From Thermodesulfobacteriota bacterium (lineage in GTDB: Bacteria; Desulfobacterota; WTBG01; CAIYCZ01; CAIRTM01), in NCBI GenBank assembly GCA_028278025.1, contig JANQFE010000024.1, positions 11,128 through 75,127 on the forward strand: a DNA stretch of 64,000 bases, written 5' to 3'. The position numbers were made by a program, and so were the translations under genes. The stretch's first letter is position 1; each line of letters starts with the position of its first letter. This document shows, piece after piece, positions 9,184 to 18,497 of the stretch. The notes beneath the pieces are model-generated. The model was not told the origin of the DNA. It saw nothing but the letters and a program-made list of their open reading frames with translations, and did no database searches.

Positions 9184-11136
9184 ATGTACAGGGTTTTATT
9201 CAAAAAACGAACTTCGCTGGCAGGTTTTGCTTTAAGCATTATTTTTTTATGTCAATGTCAAAATGCCGGTGCTCAGTCTGAAGAAGAACTGAAAACGCTT
9301 CTTATGTTCTATAATGAAAAGGACCTTGTTATTTCACCCACCCGATCTCCAAAACCGGTATCCCTGGTTGCAGAAAATATCACCGTCATTACAGCTAAAG
9401 AGATAAAACAGCTTAATGCTCATACTGTTGCCGAAGCTCTCAACAGAATACCAGGCCTTTTTGTCGATTCTTTTGGTAATGATTTCGGCAGTGTTTCTTT
9501 TCTCAATATTCAGGGGTCCGAACCCAGGCATGTCCTGGTCCTGGTGGATGGAGTTCGCTGGAATTTTCTTTCAGACGGGTTTGCCGAGACTAATTCCATT
9601 CCCGTGGGCATTATCGAGCGGATTGAAATCATTAAAGGCCCTGCTTCATCAACCTGGGGCTCATCTCTGGGGGGTGTCGTTAATATTCTTACAAAACCTG
9701 CCGGTAAAGGCGTGAAGCCGACCGGTTTAATCCAGGCCTCCTACGGCAGAAGCAAATCGCAGGATTATCGGGCAGAGGTGGACGGCCGGGTTGGCTCTGT
9801 CGGGTATTACCTCCACGCAGCCCTGCAGGATTCCAGGGGCCTGAGATCTTCCAGAGCTTTTGAGAACGAAAGTCTTTATGCAAAATTCGACATACCGCTT
9901 TCACATTACGGCGACATCACCTTAAGCGCAGGGTATAGTGCCCCGCGCAATCATTTTGGGAAATTTCCAAGTGAAGGCTTGACTTCAAAGGGAACCATTC
10001 GTACTTTTTTCGCAACTGCTTCCCTGGATGTCCCGCTCACTAAAAAATTAGAGCTGCACATGTCACTGCATACAACCAGGCAGAAACACGCACAGGCCCA
10101 TGATGTCTTGGAAACCGGCTCTAAAGGCTCGTCAGGGGAACGTTATTTGGACAATATTCATGATGAAACAACAATCGGGGTCCGGGCTAAACTTGTCTGG
10201 AACCATAGGCAACACTTGATTGTGTGTGGAGCCGACTTTGATCACGGGCATCTTGAGCAGAAGCTTAAGGCCGGCCAAGCTCTTCAACTGGCCAGAGTTC
10301 CGGCAGTAAAGCGCTCCCACCCCCATATTGACCGGTGGGCCCTCTATGCTAATGATACGCTGAGCCTGGGCCGGTGGTCCTTCACCCCCGGCTTCAGGTA
10401 TGACCATGACGATATTACCGGCTCTTTCTTTAGTCCGAGCCTGGGTATTACCTGGAGACTTGGCGATAATACAATCTTTAAAGCTTCCATCGCCCGGGGG
10501 TTTTCCAGTCCTGCGCTCTCGTGGACATCGGCAGGGGGGCTGTTCCTGGAGCCGAATCCTTCTCTGGAACCGGAAACAGTGTGGTCATACCAGGCTGGAA
10601 TAGAATCAGCCGTGGCTGACTACCTGTGGCTAAAGGCCGTTGCTTTTCGCCATGATGTAAAAAATGCCATAACCGGGGAACGTTTTGCTACCGGACCGCC
10701 AACATTTAATGACCGCCTTGTGAATGGAGGGAAAACAAGACGGCAGGGCTTTGAGCTGGAGGCGGAAACACTGCCGCTGTATCATGTATCATTTCGGGCA
10801 GGAGTTTCCCTGGCACACATTACACCTTCCAATGAACGGGGCGCGCGTCACGTGTACACCTATAATATCGGGCTTGTATATGATGATATGCACTCGCTGA
10901 CTGTCCACCTTTCAGGCTATTATATATGGTGGAACTACGATTCCATATATCAGGCCGAGTACAAAAATTTTATCTGGGATATTAATCTCATCAAGACGGT
11001 TTTTACAAACAGAAAGTATTCCGGGGAATTTTTTTGTACAGCACACAACATTTTTAACGGCTCACAGTATACTCTGGGTGATTATAAGAATCCCGGTAAA
11101 TGGTTGGAAGTCGGGATGAGATTCATGTTTAACTAG
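9184..11136 (+). CDS. TonB-dependent outer-membrane receptor
   Basis: Signal peptide; plug domain with a TonB-box-like region; NRIPGLFVD...IERIEIIKGPASSTWGSSLGGVVNILTK is the classic TBDR plug motif; ~650 aa beta-barrel. Confidence 0.85.
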   Translation: MYRVLFKKRTSLAGFALSIIFLCQCQNAGAQSEEELKTLLMFYNEKDLVISPTRSPKPVSLVAENITVITAKEIKQLNAHTVAEALNRIPGLFVDSFGNDFGSVSFLNIQGSEPRHVLVLVDGVRWNFLSDGFAETNSIPVGIIERIEIIKGPASSTWGSSLGGVVNILTKPAGKGVKPTGLIQASYGRSKSQDYRAEVDGRVGSVGYYLHAALQDSRGLRSSRAFENESLYAKFDIPLSHYGDITLSAGYSAPRNHFGKFPSEGLTSKGTIRTFFATASLDVPLTKKLELHMSLHTTRQKHAQAHDVLETGSKGSSGERYLDNIHDETTIGVRAKLVWNHRQHLIVCGADFDHGHLEQKLKAGQALQLARVPAVKRSHPHIDRWALYANDTLSLGRWSFTPGFRYDHDDITGSFFSPSLGITWRLGDNTIFKASIARGFSSPALSWTSAGGLFLEPNPSLEPETVWSYQAGIESAVADYLWLKAVAFRHDVKNAITGERFATGPPTFNDRLVNGGKTRRQGFELEAETLPLYHVSFRAGVSLAHITPSNERGARHVYTYNIGLVYDDMHSLTVHLSGYYIWWNYDSIYQAEYKNFIWDINLIKTVFTNRKYSGEFFCTAHNIFNGSQYTLGDYKNPGKWLEVGMRFMFN

Positions 11137-11156
11137 AGCCTGTGAATAAGTAGTTT

Positions 11157-11190
11157 TACGTATAAAAAAATGCGTATTTTTACGCATAGA
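11157..11190. promoter_or_regulatory. Operator-like repeat array TACGTATA-N6-TGCGTAtttttACGCAtaga
   Basis: Palindrome TGCGT-N7-ACGCA plus a third half-site, ~130 bp upstream of the precursor ORF. Related TGCGTATA motifs occur at 9151 (TonB-dependent receptor promoter), 3549 (minus strand) and 45871. Confidence 0.3.
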
Positions 11191-11318
11191 CCTTGCAATA
11201 AAAAATTTAGTATGGTTAGTACCATCAAACAGGCAACTCTTGAACAAACAAATGCTGTACCCCTGCTCAATATGGGCGGGGATATCCTCATAATCATTAC
11301 ACAAGAAAGGAGACGTTT

Positions 11319-11441
11319 ATGAAGGAAAAGAAAAATGAATCCCAGGAAATCGTCGTCCTTGATGAAGGTATTGATATCAACAGTATAGACGACAGCCCGG
11401 ATGCTTGCTGTTATTCTTCAATAGGCCCCATAAGGGTTTAA
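11319..11441 (+). CDS. Candidate RiPP precursor peptide (40 aa: MKEKKNESQEIVVLDEGIDINSIDDSPDACCYSSIGPIRV)
   Basis: Missed by the ORF track because it is under 60 aa. AAGGAG ribosome-binding site 6 nt upstream; acidic leader-like N-terminus; C-terminal core with adjacent cysteines; a stem-loop with a U-run (possible attenuator) follows directly; ~50 nt upstream of an rSAM-SPASM maturase gene. Confidence 0.45.
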   Translation: MKEKKNESQEIVVLDEGIDINSIDDSPDACCYSSIGPIRV

Positions 11442-11450
11442 CCCTTCAGA

Positions 11451-11480
11451 ACAGAGGGCGATAAGGACCTCTGTTTTTTT
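11451..11480 (+). terminator. Intrinsic terminator/attenuator-like hairpin between the precursor ORF and the rSAM gene
   Basis: ACAGAGG-GCGATAAGGA-CCTCTGT followed by TTTTTTT. Confidence 0.5.
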
Positions 11481-11491
11481 ATCTTACCTAT

Positions 11492-13672
11492 ATGCAGTAT
11501 TCTCATTACCTTAAAGTATTTCCTTCCGAGGGAAATTCTGACCATCTACTGCTCTATTCGACAAAAAAGGCTTCATTGATTTCACTCAAGAAAGCAACCT
11601 ATAAAGCCGTCAAGGACGGCAAGCTGACCCTTGCTCATGAAGCCTTACTGACAAAACACGGCATGCTTGTTGAGGATCAACACAATGAAAAGCTCAGGAT
11701 GCTCGGTTTTATCAGTGAACGTAATGCTACAAGCACCTGTCTGCACATGACCGTCGTCTTAAACCTGGATTGCAACTTTGCCTGCCGCTACTGTTTTGAA
11801 GAAGAGGTGAAAGGCAAACATTACATGTCGGATGCAACAGTAAATCATCTGATACATTTCATCAAAGAGAAATTTACTGAAGATAAAAAATCTGTCGTCG
11901 TAGATTTTTATGGGGGGGAACCGCTGCTCAGTATTGAACATATAAAGACCATTTCCCGGGCAATAAATTGTTTGACTGAAACCCGGGGGGCTTCTTACAG
12001 ATTTATGCTTGTCACCAACGGTTCACTTTTTACAAGGCCGGTTGCAGAAGACCTGGTTCCCCTTGGGCTTGAAAGTGTAAAAGTAACTCTGGATGGTCCG
12101 GCTGAGGTCCACAACAAATCCCGACCTTTCAAATCGGGTGCCGGCAGCTTTAATACCATCATTCATAACATAACCCGGACCTGCAATCTGGTAAAAATCA
12201 TTATAGGAGGAAATTTCAATAAAAATACTTTTGCTAAGTTCCCGGCACTTCTTGATCATCTGGAAAAAAAGGGCCTTGCTCCTGATACATTAGCCAGTGT
12301 GAAGTTTGATCCGATAATGAAGAACCCTCAGTCTTCTGCAGCACCTTTTAGCTGTTTCGAAGGGTGCCTGTCCATTAATGAACCGTGGATTTCAAAGGCC
12401 GAGAAACTCTTGCGTGAAGAAATTTTAAAAAGAGGCTACAACACTCCCAAACCACGACCTATGCATTGTATGATAGAAACGTTACATTCCTATGTTGTGA
12501 ACTTTGATGGTGTTATCTATAAGTGCCCTGGGTTTATCGGAAAAAAGGACTTTGCAATTGGTGATGTTCATAAAGGCATACAAGATTATACATCCATTTA
12601 CAAAATAGGGTTCTGGAAAAACACAGAATGCGTTGAATGCACCTATCTGCCTATGTGCTATGGGGGCTGTAGGTACATGGCATTTATACGTGATGGGCAT
12701 ATAGACAACATTGATTGCAAAAAAGAATATCTTGACGGGTCCCTTGAAAGGCTAATCAAGCAGGACTTGAAATACAGAGAAAAGGCCGGCTGCAACATAT
12801 CAAATCCAGACAATAGTGATGTACTTATGATTAACGATCTGTTTGAACAGCTTGGTCGGGTGTGTGCCCATCATTTTCCAACCCAATTTAAACAGTTTAT
12901 CCCCCCTTCACTAGAGAGAATAATTAAATCCTATAATACTATTGATAACGTAATTCAAACCTATATATATGGTAACAGCGCCGCTACGGCAAACAACTCG
13001 AGTTTTGTTGAACGTGCATTTATGGCAGTTGCCTCCATACGCTATCTTGACGATTTTATCGATAAGGCCCTGTGGCCCCACATTCCCAAATGCAATCCGG
13101 AAAAGCTGTCCCGGTTGTTTGATACATTTTTACAAAAAGCATTGGATACTGCCAGAAAATTTGATCCTTTCATGCCGGAAACTATAATTGAGCTTCCTCG
13201 CCTGGAAATGTATCTGGCCTTGAATCCCGGTCAGGAAAACTTTGACCGGTTTTTTAAAAAATTATTTATATATAAATCTTATGATATGTTTTACACCTAT
13301 CAGATTATCCATGAGGATAGTCTTGAGAGTATTAATCATACCAGACTGGTTAGACTTGCCTTAATTGATTATATCCGTGATTTCTCGGCTGATCATATAG
13401 CAACAGATACCGATCTTAATCTGTACAAGTATATTCGCGATAATAATATTAATCCACGAAAATTCATTGCATATTTAATGGATTGTTACCGACAGGAAGA
13501 CCCGCGCGGTTACAGGAAGGCTAAGAAACGTGGTTTTATTGATAGTGCAAACGATAGCAGACCTGCTGATGATGAAAACAAAAAGGCCGCTACCTCTCTT
13601 TCTTTTCATGAATCATTCCCCCTGCTTTTTAATAGAGCTATATCTCTGCTGCAAAAGCTTTTACCCGACTAA
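11492..13672 (+). CDS. Radical SAM/SPASM-domain peptide-modifying enzyme with an N-terminal RRE-like domain and a ~300-aa C-terminal extension of unknown function
   Basis: CNFACRYC (Cx3Cx2C) radical SAM motif; C-terminal SPASM-like Cys cluster (CPGF...CVECTYLPMCYGGCRY); ~85 aa winged-helix-like N-terminus before the rSAM core (PqqD/RRE-like); residues ~430-726 have no recognisable motif. Confidence 0.8.
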   Translation: MQYSHYLKVFPSEGNSDHLLLYSTKKASLISLKKATYKAVKDGKLTLAHEALLTKHGMLVEDQHNEKLRMLGFISERNATSTCLHMTVVLNLDCNFACRYCFEEEVKGKHYMSDATVNHLIHFIKEKFTEDKKSVVVDFYGGEPLLSIEHIKTISRAINCLTETRGASYRFMLVTNGSLFTRPVAEDLVPLGLESVKVTLDGPAEVHNKSRPFKSGAGSFNTIIHNITRTCNLVKIIIGGNFNKNTFAKFPALLDHLEKKGLAPDTLASVKFDPIMKNPQSSAAPFSCFEGCLSINEPWISKAEKLLREEILKRGYNTPKPRPMHCMIETLHSYVVNFDGVIYKCPGFIGKKDFAIGDVHKGIQDYTSIYKIGFWKNTECVECTYLPMCYGGCRYMAFIRDGHIDNIDCKKEYLDGSLERLIKQDLKYREKAGCNISNPDNSDVLMINDLFEQLGRVCAHHFPTQFKQFIPPSLERIIKSYNTIDNVIQTYIYGNSAATANNSSFVERAFMAVASIRYLDDFIDKALWPHIPKCNPEKLSRLFDTFLQKALDTARKFDPFMPETIIELPRLEMYLALNPGQENFDRFFKKLFIYKSYDMFYTYQIIHEDSLESINHTRLVRLALIDYIRDFSADHIATDTDLNLYKYIRDNNINPRKFIAYLMDCYRQEDPRGYRKAKKRGFIDSANDSRPADDENKKAATSLSFHESFPLLFNRAISLLQKLLPD

Positions 13673-13735
13673 AAAACATTTTTCCCGTCAAGTTTATCAT
13701 CCAAGGGCTCCAATCAAAACATCTAATAGTGTGTC

Positions 13736-14485
13736 TCACGTTTTCCCCCGACAGACGCCCAACGTGCACAGCTGTTTTCTGACCGTTCCAAACCAGTCCG
13801 TGTTGGCCCGGGGGTTTGCCGGGCTGGGATGCAGGATAACACCGCTACGGATGTCACCTGCATCGACCGCAGGCCCGCAGGCCGCTTGGATCCGTTTCTC
13901 GGCAAAGCCGCCGACACCAATCACCCATCGGGGCTCCAAAAGACCGACAATTCGCTGCAGGTAGTTATCGCAGGCTGCAAACACACCTTCCTTTTCCCGG
14001 ACGGGAAGTTTATCGGGCGTGCGGTTGCGTCCGCTTTCTTCCATAAACACCAAAGGGCAGTAGTTGGCTATAAAAAAATCTTTAAAAAAAACATCCAGCT
14101 CACCAAACTGCTCGGCAATAGCTCCCCACAGGCGCTTGCCACTCACCTCGCTGCGCGTGCATGCAAACCCGAGTACCGGCCGCTTGGGATGCTCGTGCAC
14201 CGGTTTGTCAATCCGCTGCTCAATACCGAGCCAGCTTTGCACCATCTGCACCTCACCGAACGGCACACCGGTCTGGGCCATTCCATACGGACCGGGATTC
14301 ATGCCGAGCAGCAGGACCCTTTTTTTCGTATTCCCATAGCGCGTTACATACTCTTCGTGGGACCGGCGGGCATATTCCAGGGGGTTATAGACATGCGTGA
14401 CGGGCAGTTCAAAGCGAAGCGGGGCAAGCTCTCTGCACAGCCTTCTGCCGGCTGCATTAATTTGTGAAGAAATGGATCTTGTCAT
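13736..14485 (-). CDS. Uracil-DNA glycosylase, SMUG1 family
   Basis: LLLGMNPGPYGMAQTGVPFG matches the SMUG1 active-site motif (GMNPGPxGMxQTGVPFG). Confidence 0.75.
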   Translation of the reverse strand: MTRSISSQINAAGRRLCRELAPLRFELPVTHVYNPLEYARRSHEEYVTRYGNTKKRVLLLGMNPGPYGMAQTGVPFGEVQMVQSWLGIEQRIDKPVHEHPKRPVLGFACTRSEVSGKRLWGAIAEQFGELDVFFKDFFIANYCPLVFMEESGRNRTPDKLPVREKEGVFAACDNYLQRIVGLLEPRWVIGVGGFAEKRIQAACGPAVDAGDIRSGVILHPSPANPRANTDWFGTVRKQLCTLGVCRGKT

Positions 14486-14516
14486 AGCTCATCAGGGTAA
14501 ATAATGCCGGGGCTTA

Positions 14517-14568
14517 AAAAAAGAGTATCCCATTATAGCAATGCAATGGAATACCCTTTTTTCTGTTC
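14517..14568. terminator. Bidirectional intrinsic terminator downstream of csp
   Basis: Imperfect ~12-bp hairpin flanked by an A-run and a T-run (aaaaaaagagtatcccatt...aatggaataccctttttttc). Confidence 0.45.
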
Positions 14569-14579
14569 AAAACAACCGG

Positions 14580-14780
14580 TTAATCTATGGTAACATTAAC
14601 CGCTGCAGGACCTTTTTTCCCTTGCTCTATCTCAAAGGAAACCCGGTCGCCTTCATTGAGTGTTTTGAATCCGGTTGATTGGATTGCTGAATAATGCACA
14701 AACACATCCGGACCTTCTGCTTGCTCAATGAATCCGTAGCCCTTGCTGGAATTAAACCATTTCACCGTTCCATTAGCCAT
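14580..14780 (-). CDS. Cold-shock protein, CspA family
   Basis: [15 protein letters not shown]...VFVHYSAI: the RNP1/RNP2 motifs of a cold-shock domain. Confidence 0.9.
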   Translation of the reverse strand: MANGTVKWFNSSKGYGFIEQAEGPDVFVHYSAIQSTGFKTLNEGDRVSFEIEQGKKGPAAVNVTID

Positions 14781-15062
14781 CGTGGCATCCTCCTTTCATA
14801 AAAAATTCTTATGGTTCCAAACTTCAGGCCGCCACTTTGTCAAATGGAATCTTTCCTGCAGAACGAAACCACGCCCGTCAATAAGGACGTACTTTTATAG
14901 TTTTCGGTTATGTTTATGATCATACTATAAAAATTTTGATAAAACAAGCTATTCTAAAACAAAAAAGGGGTATTGTTCTGCCTTTTGAACGGTTCCGCCA
15001 TTGACTTTTATAACAGCCAACGGTAGACTCTTTGACCCGTTTCTCTGAACAAAAGGAATGTT

Positions 15063-16238
15063 GTGAATAAAAAAACATTTTGCGCACTGCTGCTGGCTGC
15101 ATTTTCCTCTATGCTGGGCCTGGGTATCATTTCCCCTTTTTTACCCCGCATGGCAGATGAACTGCATGCGAGCGGTTTCTGGCTCGGCACTATTTTTTCC
15201 GGGTTTGTCATCACACGCATGGCCGCAACACTCATGAGTGATTTCGTGTCTGGCAAAATGGGAATGAAAAGACTCCTGGTAGCCGGTCTTATCCTGTATG
15301 CAGTTACGTTTCCGTTCTATCCTTTTGCAGGAAGTATATACTCCCTGACCCTGGTCCGCCTGGTTCACGGTTTTGCTTCGGGCCTGGTATTGCCGGTAGT
15401 GATATCCTTTGTCGGCAACCTGGTACAGCCTGGCAGGGAAGGCACGACCATGGCAACCTATAATATGATCTGCTATCTTGGTGTGGCCTCCGGTCCGTTT
15501 TTGGGCTCTCTGTTTAACAGCCTGTTGGGGTTCACAGCAGTATTCTATGCAATGCTGTTTCTGGGCCTGGGTGCCTGCGCGGCAGCACTCTGTTTCGTGC
15601 CGGCAGCAGACACCCCTAAAGAAGTACAGGGGGCTACCCACATGCCGCTGCGGGAGCTTCTCAGTCATGACATTGTAAAAGCCGTTTTGATTATCGCGAT
15701 TATCCGCACATTGGGATCAGCAGTGCTTATGTCATTTGTGCCCCTGCATGCGGTCAAAATTCACATCAGCGTTTCTGAGATCGGAATAATAATATTTGCC
15801 GGTTTGCTCACCGCGGCCCTGCTGCAAATCCCGTTCGGAAGGTTTGCGGACAGGATTAGTAAATTTCAAAAACTCTACCAGATCCTGGGCGGCTCATTTT
15901 TCGGTACCTTTGCTCTTTTTTGTGTACCATTCTGTACAGGGTTTACCGGCCTGCTTACAACTGGTGTAGCAATCGGACTGGGAACTGCAATTTCAGTACC
16001 GGCTCTCATGAGTGTAGCTGTTTTGATCGGTCATAAAACAGGGATGAGTTTCTGGATGGGGATATTCACGGCAAGCCTGTCATCGGGATTTGTTATTGCA
16101 CCCCTGACCTCAGGGGTTGTTATGGATACCCTAGGGCTTGATAATGTTTTCTACATTATAGCCTCAGTGTCCCTTCTGGGCACACTGCTGTGTACTTATT
16201 ATATCAGAAAACGGCTGAAAGAATACCCGGTTGCATAG
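15063..16238 (+). CDS. MFS transporter
   Basis: Twelve predicted TM helices, MFS-like loop motifs; GTG start with AAGGA 7 nt upstream. Confidence 0.75.
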   Translation: MNKKTFCALLLAAFSSMLGLGIISPFLPRMADELHASGFWLGTIFSGFVITRMAATLMSDFVSGKMGMKRLLVAGLILYAVTFPFYPFAGSIYSLTLVRLVHGFASGLVLPVVISFVGNLVQPGREGTTMATYNMICYLGVASGPFLGSLFNSLLGFTAVFYAMLFLGLGACAAALCFVPAADTPKEVQGATHMPLRELLSHDIVKAVLIIAIIRTLGSAVLMSFVPLHAVKIHISVSEIGIIIFAGLLTAALLQIPFGRFADRISKFQKLYQILGGSFFGTFALFCVPFCTGFTGLLTTGVAIGLGTAISVPALMSVAVLIGHKTGMSFWMGIFTASLSSGFVIAPLTSGVVMDTLGLDNVFYIIASVSLLGTLLCTYYIRKRLKEYPVA

Positions 16239-16316
16239 CGGCCGGGCTTTGGTTATAATCCATAATAGAGATAAGCAAGAAACTTCCTCCTTAAAAAACA
16301 ATAAGAGGTTACTGCA

Positions 16317-17021
16317 ATGAAAAAGTTTAACACTCATCTGCAAAAAATTTTCAAGTCCACTGCAATATATTTCAGTCTGATAGCCTTTGCGGGCCTGGTT
16401 TTCTGCTCTGCGATCGGATACGGTGCTCCCCGAACACCTGAAGATCTGATTGAGATCAGCTGCGGAGAAAAGAATCAAAGTTCCCTTAAGATCCTGATTG
16501 CCTATGACACTATCCACGGCTCAACAGCAGAGGTTGCCGAATTTATCGGCGAGGATCTGTGCGACCGCGGATATCAGGCAGATGTCCGTTTTGTGGCTAA
16601 TGTTCCAGACTCGTCGCTGTATGACGCTGTCATTATCGGCAGCGGCATCTACCAGACAAACTGGCTGCCGGATGCCCTGGAGTATATTAATCAAAATTAT
16701 GAAGCCTTGACCCGGGTTCCAACCGCCCTGTTTATCGTGTGCGCTGCCATGAGTGAGGATACCCCTGAAAGCCGTGAATCCGCCCGGCAAAACTTTGTTG
16801 ATCCGCTGCTTGCCCAATACCCCGACCTTGAACCGGTGTCAATCGGGCCTTTCGGCGGGGCGGTAGATTTTAACACCAACCAGTACAATACATTTGAAAA
16901 GATTGTACTGCGGATCCTGGGACTCATCCTGGGCTATAAGGACAGCGCTGACTGGCGCAACTGGGAAGCAATCAGCGACTGGACAGCAGGGCTTGACGCA
17001 CAGCTGGCTGAAGAGGAGTAA
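16317..17021 (+). CDS. Flavodoxin-like domain protein (HemG/Flavodoxin_5-like)
   Basis: KILIAYDTIHGSTAEVAEFI...VIIGSGIY flavodoxin fold signature; N-terminal hydrophobic segment. Confidence 0.55.
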   Translation: MKKFNTHLQKIFKSTAIYFSLIAFAGLVFCSAIGYGAPRTPEDLIEISCGEKNQSSLKILIAYDTIHGSTAEVAEFIGEDLCDRGYQADVRFVANVPDSSLYDAVIIGSGIYQTNWLPDALEYINQNYEALTRVPTALFIVCAAMSEDTPESRESARQNFVDPLLAQYPDLEPVSIGPFGGAVDFNTNQYNTFEKIVLRILGLILGYKDSADWRNWEAISDWTAGLDAQLAEEE

Positions 17022-17184
17022 TGTTGAAAAAAAGAGGACGGTTCCCTCTCCCAGGGTCATTAGTTCCTTACAATTCTGATTTTGATACCAAAAGTGATCC
17101 TCTAAGGTGTGAAAACAGATATTTTGGGAGCAATTGTTACGTTTTAACAATGTGTTACTTGAGTTCGACTTCGGTACTCGTAAC

Positions 17185-17252
17185 GATGCTGTTTTAACAT
17201 GACGATAGTCATGTTAAAAATCATGTCAATCCGGTTCATCCTGTCAGAAAAA
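17185..17252. repeat. Palindromic MITE/REP-like element, partial copy (family A, subtype 1)
   Basis: ttaacatgacgatagtcatgttaaaaatcatgtcaatccggttcatcctgtcagaaaaa matches the right half of the 20269 and 40132 copies. Confidence 0.6.
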
Positions 17253-17376
17253 GTTCCACTGAACAAAAAGGCTCCTCCCAACCCGTTCCGATTGAGAGAA
17301 GCCTTGGTAAACTCTTTCTGTACTATAACCACACCCCTCCATTTTTGATTAATGTCGCAAGAACCCCTTGTTAAGA

Positions 17377-18255
17377 CTACAGCAGCCCGTCCCGGCGCAG
17401 CCGCCCGACAATTTCAACCGAGGCCCGGCTGCGGTCCATCGTGTAGATATGAATCCCGGGCACACCCTTTTCGATCAGCTCAGCGCACTGCCGGGTTGCC
17501 AGGTCAATACCGAATTGCTCCAGGGTCTCCTTGTCATCAGGGAGCAGCTTTGCCAGGCCGTCAGTAATTTCCGGCGTAATGGTGGCCCCGCACAGTGTGG
17601 CCAGCATGTTCATCATCTTGATGCTGTAGATGGGCATCACGCCCGGCAGGATAGGCACCGCGATACCGATAGCCCTACACTGCTCCACAAAATCAAAAAA
17701 GTACTGATTATCATAGCAATAGTTTGCAATAATATACTCAGCCCCTTTTTCAACTTTCTGCTTGAGATAGGCCAGGTCCTGTTGCTTACTTTCAGCTTCA
17801 ATATGCCCCTCCGGGTAGCCTGCTGCTCCGATGCAAAAATCATAACGCTCTTTTATAAAGGAAATCAGGTCTAAAGCATAGGGCAGACTGTCCGGGTGGG
17901 GTGTGAAACCCTCCTGCTCCGGAGCATCCCCACGCACGGCAAATATCGTTTTGATCCCCATGTCGCGGTAACTGCCAAGCACTGCTGTAATGTCGTCAGG
18001 GCCCAGACCAAAGCAGGCAAAGTAGGCGATCACGTCCAGGCCCTTTGTGTTCATCAGGCTGTCCACTAGCTGACGCGATCCGTCCTGCGTAGAGCCCCCG
18101 GCTCCAAATGTCACGGACACAAAATCCGGCTTCAATGCAGCCAATTCATCAATAACCTGTTCCAGCTTTGCAGCGGCCTTTTCGCTGCGGGCCGGAAACA
18201 GCTCAAAAGAGATTGTCGGTTTTTGATTGTCCTGCCACAAATCAACTACACGCAT
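17377..18255 (-). CDS. metF: 5,10-methylenetetrahydrofolate reductase
   Basis: FSFELFPARS...VSVTFGAGGST...: MetF family motifs throughout; AAGGAG ribosome-binding site 5 nt before the ATG at 18255. Confidence 0.9.
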   Translation of the reverse strand: MRVVDLWQDNQKPTISFELFPARSEKAAAKLEQVIDELAALKPDFVSVTFGAGGSTQDGSRQLVDSLMNTKGLDVIAYFACFGLGPDDITAVLGSYRDMGIKTIFAVRGDAPEQEGFTPHPDSLPYALDLISFIKERYDFCIGAAGYPEGHIEAESKQQDLAYLKQKVEKGAEYIIANYCYDNQYFFDFVEQCRAIGIAVPILPGVMPIYSIKMMNMLATLCGATITPEITDGLAKLLPDDKETLEQFGIDLATRQCAELIEKGVPGIHIYTMDRSRASVEIVGRLRRDGLL

Positions 18256-18497
18256 AACTGCTCCTTTCATTGAATTCATAGAAGTAGTTAGTATAGTTAA
18301 ATAATATCCATGTGTCAATCAAACCGGCGTAACAAAACATTTTTCAGATTAAAAAAAGAGAGCCAGCTTCTTTTTTTATACCTGATATGGTATAAAATCA
18401 ATTAATCCCGTGAGTTGATAATTTCTTTAGCAAACATTTCATAACCAAAGACCCCTTTAGCTTTATTAAAAGTCAAAACAACATTACAGGTTACACT

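Noticed and set aside
13829-14467. 212-aa plus-strand ORF
   Set aside because: Antisense to the SMUG1 uracil-DNA glycosylase gene, which has a diagnostic active-site motif. No RBS.
15141-15668. 175-aa minus-strand ORF
   Set aside because: Antisense shadow inside the MFS transporter gene.
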